Shown here: piece after piece, positions 1-7,031 of the stretch
How the letters are laid out: the number at the start of each line of letters is the position of its first letter
Numbering within the stretch: position 1 is the first letter of the stretch
DNA from: Deltaproteobacteria bacterium
Lineage (GTDB): Bacteria > Desulfobacterota > Dissulfuribacteria > Dissulfuribacterales > QOAL01
Assembly (NCBI GenBank): GCA_026995935.1
Contig: JALWNK010000023.1
Location: 73,399 to 137,398, forward strand
Length of the DNA stretch: 64,000 nucleotides
Direction of reading: 5' to 3'
The notes under the pieces: generated by a model
Database searches by the model: none
What the model saw: the letters and a program-made list of their open reading frames with translations, nothing else
What the model was told of the DNA's origin: nothing
Program-made: the position numbers and the translations under genes

Positions 1-989
1 CGGATTTTTTCCGGCGTAATGTTACCTCCGCAGATCCTGGCCGCCTTTTCAGGGGAGTAGTCCTTGACAAAGGATTTGTACTTGGCGAAATCAACCTGTT
101 TCTTTTCCTTGCCCATGCGAAAAACAGCGTAGTTTTTAAGAAAATCTTCGTCGTAAAGATTTTCTTCCACGATCACATAGGCCATTGCGTTTAGAAGGGC
201 CAGATCTGTACCTGGGTTGAACTGTAGGTGAAGATCCGCAATCCTTGAGGTTGGAGAGACCCTCGGATCGGCATTAATGACCTTTACCGTGTCCTTGTTA
301 TCAAGCTTCCTACGCATAATGCGCCTGAACAGGACAGGGTGTGCCTCTGCGGTATTGCTTCCAATGATAAAAAAGCAGCTGGCCCTTTCGAAGTTGGTAT
401 AGCTGCCAATGGGCTCATCAGCTCCAAAGGACGTGATGTAGCCGCCAACTGCACTTGCCATGCAAAGCCTTGGGTTGCCCTCAACGTTGTTGGTTTTAAG
501 CCCCCCTCTCATTACCTTCTGGAATATGTAAGTCTCCTCTGTCAATGCCTGTCCCGAACCGTAGTATGCAACAGAGTCATTACCGTACTGTTTTACTGCC
601 TTTGCAAACTCCTTTGCCGCTATGTCAAGGGCCTCGTCCCAGGAAATTTCCTTGAAGGGCTGATCTTTTCTGGCCCTGTAAAGGGGTTTTTTAAGCCTTT
701 CAGGGTGGTTGTTGCCCATGAGTTTGTAAAAGAGCATGCCTTTCATGCAAAGATAGCCCATGTTGGTGCGTGACTTGGTAATCCCGCGAAGGGCAACGGC
801 CTTTCCATTTTTTACACCAAGCTCAAGCCTGCATCCAGAGCCGCACAGTCGGCACGTGCCCTTGTGCCAGCTGTCAGCATCTGATGCATGTGCCTCCTGC
901 TCATTTGAAAATGGGAGGTCTATACCAACATATGATGCCGCTGTGAGTGCGGCTGTTCTCTTAATGAATTCTCTTCTTGAAAGCCCCAT
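1..989 (-). CDS. napA: Periplasmic molybdopterin (bis-MGD) oxidoreductase catalytic subunit, NapA-like; only the N-terminal 329 codons are present and the gene runs off the left edge
   Basis: The ORF track omits it because there is no stop in the window. My reverse-strand translation from the ATG at 987..989 reads MGLSRREFIKRTAALTAAS (twin-arginine signal), then HKGTCRLCGSGCRLELGV...NMGYLCMKG (4-Cys FeS motif), NNVEGNPRLCMASAVGG and GSNTAEAHPVLF. These resemble NapA as I remember it, including the Cys Mo-ligand region. There are no in-frame stops to position 1, and a GGAGGG SD lies 6 nt upstream. Confidence 0.72.
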   Translation of the reverse strand, partial: MGLSRREFIKRTAALTAASYVGIDLPFSNEQEAHASDADSWHKGTCRLCGSGCRLELGVKNGKAVALRGITKSRTNMGYLCMKGMLFYKLMGNNHPERLKKPLYRARKDQPFKEISWDEALDIAAKEFAKAVKQYGNDSVAYYGSGQALTEETYIFQKVMRGGLKTNNVEGNPRLCMASAVGGYITSFGADEPIGSYTNFERASCFFIIGSNTAEAHPVLFRRIMRRKLDNKDTVKVINADPRVSPTSRIADLHLQFNPGTDLALLNAMAYVIVEENLYDEDFLKNYAVFRMGKEKKQVDFAKYKSFVKDYSPEKAARICGGNITPEKI

Positions 990-1003
990 ATTTTTCCCTC
1001 CTG

Positions 1004-1384
1004 TTACTTGTGGATAAAAAAGTGATGGGCTGGATGGCAGTCCCAACATTTCTTGTCAGAGGGCCTCTTTAGATACTGTGCATTATGACAGGCTGCACAG
1101 TTTGTCTCATCTGGTGAGGTCTTCAGGTCTTCGTAGGTCCCGTGACACTGAAAGCATTTCACATTGGCGATGCCGTGGACAGAGTCGTACCATTCCTTGT
1201 AGACCTCCGGGGTGGCATCCTTGTGACACTGGGCACAAGGAGTGAGTTTTTCTTGTGCAGATAGTTCAGGATGGACCCCCATTTTTGTTGAGGTAGAAGC
1301 CTTTTTAGATGTCCCTGCACTACAGGCAGAAGCCACGGCAACGGTAATTATAAGCAGGCAAAGCTTTAATATTTTACCTTTCAC
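1004..1384 (-). CDS. Tetrahaem c-type cytochrome lipoprotein (NapM-like small cytochrome)
   Basis: 126 aa with a signal peptide ending in the lipobox-like VASAC. It has four CxxCH motifs (CAQCH, CFQCH, CAACH, CWDCH). The start is GTG, with an AGGAGG SD 6 nt upstream. It lies 14 nt upstream of the NapA-like gene. Confidence 0.75.
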   Translation of the reverse strand: MKGKILKLCLLIITVAVASACSAGTSKKASTSTKMGVHPELSAQEKLTPCAQCHKDATPEVYKEWYDSVHGIANVKCFQCHGTYEDLKTSPDETNCAACHNAQYLKRPSDKKCWDCHPAHHFFIHK

Positions 1385-1406
1385 TTTTCACCTCCTAAAG
1401 AGAAAA

Positions 1407-1423
1407 GGCCGGTTAAACCGGCC
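1407..1423 (-). terminator. Intra-locus hairpin GGCCGGT-TTA-ACCGGCC followed by TTTTCTCTTT on the minus strand (terminator/attenuator-like)
   Basis: A perfect 7-bp GC-rich stem and a T-rich tail sit directly after the barrel gene stop (1432), about 10 nt before the SD of the next gene. Confidence 0.4.
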
Positions 1424-1431
1424 CTTTTCAG

Positions 1432-2871
1432 TTAAAAAGTAAACCTGAACTCGGCGTAGAAGAAGTCCAGGTCATCATCCTTGGTGAAGACCTGCTCTAC
1501 CACGTCGTCACCCCAGACGTGGCTGTAATAGAGGTCAAGCCCCATGCTTACCCCGTAAGCCTTGTAGATGTCCTTTATGAAAAAAGAGATATCCCACATG
1601 GTTCCAAGGCTGTCGTCATCAAAGCCACCAGCCGGCCTTATGGGTTTGTATCCGAATATATCAGCCCTTGTAGCACCAGAACCCTGGTACCAGGCATCAT
1701 CCTCTTCAGTCAGCCATAGTCTTGTTACATCCGTACGAACAAGAACATTGGGAAGAGGTTTAACCATGAGCTGACCAAAGCAGTATGTGGTATTCATGAG
1801 GTTAAACCATGGGGTCATGGCGTAGATACGAAGCGTAGGCATCATCATGAAGAAGGTGTCACGGTCATTGTCTGTTGGGTCGTCATCGCCAGAGCCTTGG
1901 AAATAGCCACCACGTACCCATGGCTGCCAGACTATATCCTCGAACTTGTATCCTCCTTCAAGGGCAACAGCGTAGGCGCTTTGATCATCTTTCCCCCATA
2001 CTCCTGTCTGGTAGTCACCCCAGACCAGAAAGTCAAAACTACCGGGGCCAACCTTTGGTGTTACGTATAAAATATGGCCGCCAAAGTTGTTGATTTCAGG
2101 ATCCTGGTTGGGAATACCCCTGTCGTCGTTGTAGTAGTAATAGAAGAGCTGGGCATCAAGGCCGGGAATGACGGAATCCTTCAGGGTAAAAACAGCAGTC
2201 AGAAAATCAATATCGTGGATCTTCTTTCCGTGCACCTCGTTTTCCATATAGTCCAGGTAGAATCCACCCTGGGTAGGCTCAAAGCCTGCCACGGTAAAGT
2301 TGTAGGCCTTGTCGTTCCAGGCGACCTGAAAACCGTCAAAGGAGCGGCCAACACGTGACCATTCGAATCCACCGATGAGCCTCTGGGATATTCTCAGTTT
2401 CCTGAGCCAGGCTAGACGCTTATTCTTTGGCTTAGTTCCATATTCGAGGCCGCTGTTGTACTTAAAACGGCCTATGGTAGCGCTCAGGTTTTCGCATCCA
2501 GGCATACGGCCACGGAGCCACAACTGGTCAATTCCAACCTTGCCCACGTCCCTTGCTCCATTGTTCTGGCCATAATAAAGGGCGCCTGTACCGTAGGATG
2601 CGTGTCTTGGAAGACCAAAAAACTGGGTCCAGTTTATCTCGCTGTATGCGTCGATGTTACTGGAGTTGAATCCAAATCCAAGCCTCATCTTGCTTGAGAC
2701 GAAGTCGTACTGGTCATCAATGGTGCTTGGCTTTTCAAAGGTTGACCAGTTTTCGTATCTTATTTCCTCTTTGAACTTGATATAGGCGTTTTTGTTGATC
2801 TTGTACGCATAGGCGTTGGCAGCCACAAGAAAGATGAGTGCCAACAAAGTCAAAAAAATAGGTCTTTTCAT
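1432..2871 (-). CDS. Outer-membrane beta-barrel protein (porin-like, family unassigned)
   Basis: 479 aa with a signal peptide (..LVAANAYA). Composition is Gly/Tyr/Trp/Asp-rich with an alternating pattern. The C-terminus AEFRFTF ends in Phe (OMP beta-signal). A GGAGGG SD is present. Confidence 0.65.
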   Translation of the reverse strand: MKRPIFLTLLALIFLVAANAYAYKINKNAYIKFKEEIRYENWSTFEKPSTIDDQYDFVSSKMRLGFGFNSSNIDAYSEINWTQFFGLPRHASYGTGALYYGQNNGARDVGKVGIDQLWLRGRMPGCENLSATIGRFKYNSGLEYGTKPKNKRLAWLRKLRISQRLIGGFEWSRVGRSFDGFQVAWNDKAYNFTVAGFEPTQGGFYLDYMENEVHGKKIHDIDFLTAVFTLKDSVIPGLDAQLFYYYYNDDRGIPNQDPEINNFGGHILYVTPKVGPGSFDFLVWGDYQTGVWGKDDQSAYAVALEGGYKFEDIVWQPWVRGGYFQGSGDDDPTDNDRDTFFMMMPTLRIYAMTPWFNLMNTTYCFGQLMVKPLPNVLVRTDVTRLWLTEEDDAWYQGSGATRADIFGYKPIRPAGGFDDDSLGTMWDISFFIKDIYKAYGVSMGLDLYYSHVWGDDVVEQVFTKDDDLDFFYAEFRFTF

Positions 2872-2915
2872 TTCCTTAACCCTCCTTTTAAAACCATTTT
2901 TTAAAAATAGAACAA

Positions 2916-2942
2916 GGCTGTGGTTCCCTATAGACCACAGCC
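2916..2942 (-). terminator. Hairpin GGCTGTGGT-N9-ACCACAGCC with a T-rich tail (TTGTTCTATTTTT) on the minus strand, downstream of the HAO-family gene
   Basis: A 9-bp perfect inverted repeat read directly from the sequence. It lies in the 103-nt gap between the hao stop (2975) and the barrel start (2871). Confidence 0.4.
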
Positions 2943-2974
2943 CGTTTGTTTTTGCTCCATCTGGAGCTCACCTA

Positions 2975-4339
2975 TTAAAGAGGACCCGTGCTCATTACAG
3001 TGCTTGGTTCCTCAATTTTGTTGTGTTTCATGCGATAGTTGTATATCTGCTGCAGATCTTTGTACATCTGGAATATCTGGAAGAATCCATGCCAGTGGGC
3101 GTAGTCAGGTCCGTTCATGGCAGCACCCTGACGGGCACGCCTTCCTGCATGGTGCCACAGGTAGTACATGATTTCCTGGAAGCCGTCAGCCCAAGGATCC
3201 TTTCCAAGAAGCCCCTTGGCAGCAAGCTCCTTCTTCATCTTAACTGCTCCGTCCCAGTAGAAGTTGTAAAGGGCAACGGCATCATCCAGGGTGTTGATCT
3301 CCTTTTGCATCTGTGTTGGACCGTGGCAGTTTGCGCACACCTTCCTCATGAGCTTGGCACCCTTTTCTCCGTTACCACGCTCGCCTGAACGGATCACGCT
3401 CTTTGGATGAACAAGATCCCATTTGAGTCTTTCATTTATATTGTGCGTAGTAGTCAGCTCGCCAATGCCGCTCATGTGGCAGGTTGCACAGGTTGGTGCT
3501 GTGTAGTCGCCAGGCTGCCATGCGTCAGGGGCGCTGTCCCATTCCCAGGTTTCTCCCTGGGTGGCAAATATCTGGCCATGTTTGCTCTCCATGTATATCT
3601 CAATATCAGGGTGGTCAGGGCCAAGGTGGCAGCTTGCACATGCCTCCGGCTTCCTGGCCTCCTCAACTGAGAACTGGTGCCTTGTGTGGCAGACTGTACA
3701 TGTTCCAATGGAACCATCAGGATATCTTGTTCCCACACCGCCTGGCCAGGTATTCTTGATGGGTTTGTGGTCAGGGCCAAGTTCAACCTGTCCGCCATGG
3801 CACATCTGGCAGCCTGCTGCACGTGAGGCCATATTGCTTGAGTTCGACCTGCTGTTTCCAATAAATTCTGCGCCTTCCAGGTGGTACATAAGATTCAAGG
3901 TCTTTTTCTTCTCAACCACTGGGAAGCTTGCAAGTTTTGCATGGCCGCTTTTCAAAAACTGCTCAACCTCTTGTGGGTGGCAGCGGGAACAGGTTTTGGA
4001 TGAGACCATGGGGGAGATATAGATGTTTGAACCCTTGATTCCTGAACACTGGCTTGCCATGGGTGAGCTCTTCTCCACCACGTGGCAGTCAAAACAGGAT
4101 ACAGAGGCATGGGCCATTTTCCCCTTTTTCCAGGATTCAACAATGCCTGGTGTCTTTTTAGAATGACATTCCACGCACTTTGCCGCTTCGGGTGACATTC
4201 CACGCTTTATAACCAGCTCCTTGTGGAGCTTGGGGGTGGAGTTTCCGGTGCTTTGCTCTGCAAATGCCACACTGCAAACCATGCCTAAAAACAGACTGGC
4301 CATTATCAGTGTGCCGGTTTTACCAACTAACTGTTTCAT
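2975..4339 (-). CDS. hao: Octahaem cytochrome c of the hydroxylamine oxidoreductase (HAO) family
   Basis: It has eight CxxCH motifs: [59 protein letters not shown]. Their contexts closely resemble HAO as I remember it. A signal peptide is present. I prefer the start at MKQLVGK (4339), which has an AGGAGGG SD, over the ORF-track start at 4375. Confidence 0.85.
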   Translation of the reverse strand: MKQLVGKTGTLIMASLFLGMVCSVAFAEQSTGNSTPKLHKELVIKRGMSPEAAKCVECHSKKTPGIVESWKKGKMAHASVSCFDCHVVEKSSPMASQCSGIKGSNIYISPMVSSKTCSRCHPQEVEQFLKSGHAKLASFPVVEKKKTLNLMYHLEGAEFIGNSRSNSSNMASRAAGCQMCHGGQVELGPDHKPIKNTWPGGVGTRYPDGSIGTCTVCHTRHQFSVEEARKPEACASCHLGPDHPDIEIYMESKHGQIFATQGETWEWDSAPDAWQPGDYTAPTCATCHMSGIGELTTTHNINERLKWDLVHPKSVIRSGERGNGEKGAKLMRKVCANCHGPTQMQKEINTLDDAVALYNFYWDGAVKMKKELAAKGLLGKDPWADGFQEIMYYLWHHAGRRARQGAAMNGPDYAHWHGFFQIFQMYKDLQQIYNYRMKHNKIEEPSTVMSTGPL

Positions 4340-4376
4340 GTTAACCCTCCTTTTATTTTTTATTTTGGAATACAAA

Positions 4377-4928
4377 TTACTTGGCCTTCTTGGCTATTTC
4401 CCTGAATTCAGCCACAAGATCCCCGTGTCCTACCTCGTGGTGACAGTCCAGACAGGTCCGTTTGGTCTGGCCCACCAGATAGGTCTTGTGGGCCGTATAT
4501 GCCTTCAGTGGGATTCCAGGAGCAACCAGCTCTTTGTGGCACTCCTTGCAACCCGAATCGTAGGCGGCATGAACGTAAGGCCCTCTGTTTTTCCACAGGG
4601 TCAGCCAGTCTGTCTTTTTTCCCATCCAGTGGGCCTTGATATCGTGGAGTCCTGCCAGCGTCTTGGTCTTGAGATAATTGCCAAGACTGTCGTGCGGCAG
4701 GTGACAGTCAACACACCTTGCCCTTATGACACCCTTTGCATCGGTCCCGTGTTTGCCTGCTGCCCATGTCCTGTAGAAGGGATGCATCTCGTGGCACGAA
4801 TTGCAAAATTCAACCGTACTGGTAGATTGAACCTGTTTGGCTGCAAAAAAGGCTATAACAAGGGCCACAAGAAAGGCGATTATGCACGCTACCAAAACCG
4901 CCCCCCCATTATCTGTGATGATCCTCAT
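4377..4928 (-). CDS. Membrane-anchored tetrahaem quinol dehydrogenase, NapC/NirT/NrfH family
   Basis: One N-terminal TM helix ([21 protein letters not shown]) and four CxxCH motifs, including CNSCHEM (CxxCHxM), CVDCH, CKECH and CLDCHH. I prefer the start at MRIITDNGG (4928, GGAGGG SD). The ORF-track extension to 5036 covers AT-rich promoter-like DNA. Confidence 0.8.
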   Translation of the reverse strand: MRIITDNGGAVLVACIIAFLVALVIAFFAAKQVQSTSTVEFCNSCHEMHPFYRTWAAGKHGTDAKGVIRARCVDCHLPHDSLGNYLKTKTLAGLHDIKAHWMGKKTDWLTLWKNRGPYVHAAYDSGCKECHKELVAPGIPLKAYTAHKTYLVGQTKRTCLDCHHEVGHGDLVAEFREIAKKAK

Positions 4929-4997
4929 GGAAACCCTCCTGCTTTGAGTTTGTTGAAGGATAAGATAATTTTCAGCCTTAATTTTAGCGAAATTTTC

Positions 4998-5035
4998 TGT
5001 TACTGTGTTGTTAAATATGTTACTAAATTGTAACA
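4998..5035. promoter_or_regulatory. Cluster of TGTTA motifs: direct copies at 4998, 5009 and 5018, plus the palindrome TGTTAC-TAAATT-GTAACA (5018..5035)
   Basis: Read directly from the 197-bp divergent region between the napC-like gene and the cupin/kinase/regulator genes. A possible minus-strand -10 element, TAAAAT, lies at 4981..4986. Confidence 0.35.
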
Positions 5036-5125
5036 AATTTAACTTGCAGGGGTTTAAAAACCATCGGTACCAGGGAATAAGTTCATGTCTTTTTTGTTAA
5101 AGTGTTCATAATTTGGAGGTTAAGT

Positions 5126-5473
5126 ATGGCAATATTCTTTAGTTCGGAGGATTTGAATACAAAATTTCAGCCCCATCCCAAATTCAATGGTGTATCCATT
5201 GCAAAGATGGCTGGTGAGAGTGATGGTCTTAATCTGGGAGTGTCTCTGCTTGAAATTTCAGAGGGCGTGGAAATCCCTGTCCATATACACCATGAAAGCG
5301 TGGATTCCATTTACTGCTTGTATGGCCAGGGGCAAGTCTTTTACTCTGGCCAGTGGCAACCATTTAAAAAGGGAGATTACTGCCTAGTTCCCCCAGGGCA
5401 GGAGCATGGGGTCAGAAACGGAGACACGGGAAAAATGAGGCTATTCATAGTACACAGCCCACCTCTTTTCTGA
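5126..5473 (+). CDS. Cupin-domain protein
   Basis: The motif HIHHESVDSIYCLYGQG...PPGQEHGVRN is a two-His-cluster cupin signature. GGAGG lies 6 nt upstream of the ATG at 5126. Confidence 0.6.
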   Translation: MAIFFSSEDLNTKFQPHPKFNGVSIAKMAGESDGLNLGVSLLEISEGVEIPVHIHHESVDSIYCLYGQGQVFYSGQWQPFKKGDYCLVPPGQEHGVRNGDTGKMRLFIVHSPPLF

Positions 5474-5479
5474 GACCTC

Positions 5480-7027
5480 ATGTTCCAAAGGCTGGGGCAC
5501 AAGATATTATTCTGGATTATTGTTATCTTTGGCCTTTTCGGTACGATTTTTCTTTTATGGCAAGGCCACCAATATAAAAAGGCCGGGATTTCTCAGCTTC
5601 TTCAGCAGGCAAGGGGAATCTATCACTATGTGGTCCTGTCCAGACAGCTTATTTCCAGCTGGCACGGTGTCTATGTAAAGAAAGGGGATGAGTTCATAAG
5701 GATGACGCCCTCGGCATTCACCGGCCAGTTGGCATCCTTTTCTGGTACGAAGGCCCCCTTCACCTTGAAGGTTGCAGTTTTAAACAGCAAAAACCCTGAC
5801 CACGTTCCTGACGATTTCGAAAAATACGCCATTATGGAGATGACCAGAGGCCCCAAAAGGGAACTCTGGACATTAGAGTCTGATAAAGCGTTGTATCGTT
5901 TTCGCTACGCTGGACCTTTACTCTTTGAAGACGAGTGCAAGAGTTGTCATAGCAAGAGTCCCAGGGTGAAGATAATGGGCTGCATTTCCATTGGGGTCAA
6001 TGCAAACAATTTTTTTGAGGTTCTGGAAAGGGACCTGATTCACTATGTCATTTACATGTTTGGAGGCATTCTGATCATACTGACCCTTTTGTGGTTCATG
6101 CTTCGGAATTCCGTTTTAAGGCCCTTAAGAGAGCTCAGTGGTGCGGCAGAAGAGGTGAGAAGGGGAAACTTCAACGTGAGGGTAGACCTGGATGAGAGCC
6201 TTGAATGGCAAAGCGTTGGAGAAAATTTTAATAATATGGTTGAAGCCCTTGCCAAGAGGCAAACCGCCCTTCAGGAAGAGGCCGACAGTGCCATTGAACG
6301 TTTGAAGGCCGCCTACGAAGAACTTAAAAAGACAGAGAAGTATAAGTCGGATTTTTTCACCAATATAACCCACGATCTCAAGACGCCAATAACAGCCATA
6401 AAGGGTGCCATTACCATTCTTTCCAGAAAATGCTCTAATGAGCATGATCCTTATCTGGACATACTCCAAAGAAATGTAGAAAAGCTCTCTTCCATGGTTC
6501 AGGATCTCCTTGACTGTTCCAGGCTGGAAAGCGGTGAACTTGCCCTGCACAAGGAAGAGTACGATCTGGCTGAGGTCCTGGAGGATGCAATACTTTCTGC
6601 AATGCCCCTTGCCTGGAAGAAAAAGATCAAGCTTGACTATCATGTTCCTGAGGAACCATGTCTTGCCAGGATGGACAGGAAACGCATGGAACAGGTGATA
6701 ATAAACCTCCTTTCAAATGCCATAAAATTTTCACCTGAGGCAGATACAGTCCAGATCAGACTGATCAGGGACAATGACTTCTGGAAGATCATGATAGAAG
6801 ACAACGGCCCTGGTATTCCCGTTGAAGACAGGGACAAGATATTCAACAAATTCTTTCAGAGATCCGACGCCAAGGCGGACACTGGAATGGGCCTTGGCCT
6901 GGCCATAGCCAAGGGCATCATAGAGGCACATGGCGGCCAGATAGGGGTGTGTGACAGGTTGGAGGGAAGACGCGGAAGCTGTTTCTACTTTCTAATTCCG
7001 TGTCTGAAAACAGACAAGAGGGACTAA
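5480..7027 (+). CDS. Sensor histidine kinase with a periplasmic Tll0287-like (DUF3365) haem-c domain, HAMP, HisKA and HATPase_c
   Basis: Two TM helices flank a domain containing NSKNPDHVPDDFE...YRFRYAGPLLFEDECKSCH (CxxCH at 5936..5950). The H-box is FFTNITHDLKTP, with N/G boxes LLSNAIKFSP, EDNGPGIP and GMGLGLAIAK. Confidence 0.8.
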   Translation: MFQRLGHKILFWIIVIFGLFGTIFLLWQGHQYKKAGISQLLQQARGIYHYVVLSRQLISSWHGVYVKKGDEFIRMTPSAFTGQLASFSGTKAPFTLKVAVLNSKNPDHVPDDFEKYAIMEMTRGPKRELWTLESDKALYRFRYAGPLLFEDECKSCHSKSPRVKIMGCISIGVNANNFFEVLERDLIHYVIYMFGGILIILTLLWFMLRNSVLRPLRELSGAAEEVRRGNFNVRVDLDESLEWQSVGENFNNMVEALAKRQTALQEEADSAIERLKAAYEELKKTEKYKSDFFTNITHDLKTPITAIKGAITILSRKCSNEHDPYLDILQRNVEKLSSMVQDLLDCSRLESGELALHKEEYDLAEVLEDAILSAMPLAWKKKIKLDYHVPEEPCLARMDRKRMEQVIINLLSNAIKFSPEADTVQIRLIRDNDFWKIMIEDNGPGIPVEDRDKIFNKFFQRSDAKADTGMGLGLAIAKGIIEAHGGQIGVCDRLEGRRGSCFYFLIPCLKTDKRD

Positions 7028-7031
7028 ACGC

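Noticed and set aside
1-989. The absence of any long ORF in the track over the first 1 kb suggested a pseudogene or an in-frame selenocysteine TGA in a molybdoenzyme.
   Set aside because: Manual translation of the reverse strand from 989 to 1 is uninterrupted. The ORF is missing from the track only because it has no stop inside the window. The Mo-ligand position reads Cys (PRLCMASAV), not TGA.
2125-2150. A short trinucleotide-repeat-looking stretch (gtcgtcgttgtagtagtaatag).
   Set aside because: On the minus strand it simply encodes the YYYYNDD loop of the barrel protein. It is not a tandem-repeat element.
4929-5036. N-terminal extensions offered by the ORF track: napC-like to 5036, hao to 4375, cydA to 58709, DUF1800 to 48282, the binding protein to 59641, lexA to 42998 and the Spy-like gene to 18040.
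   Set aside because: Internal starts have strong GGAGG-type SD sequences and give N-termini that match the family or begin a signal peptide. The extensions overlap promoters, operators or neighbouring genes.
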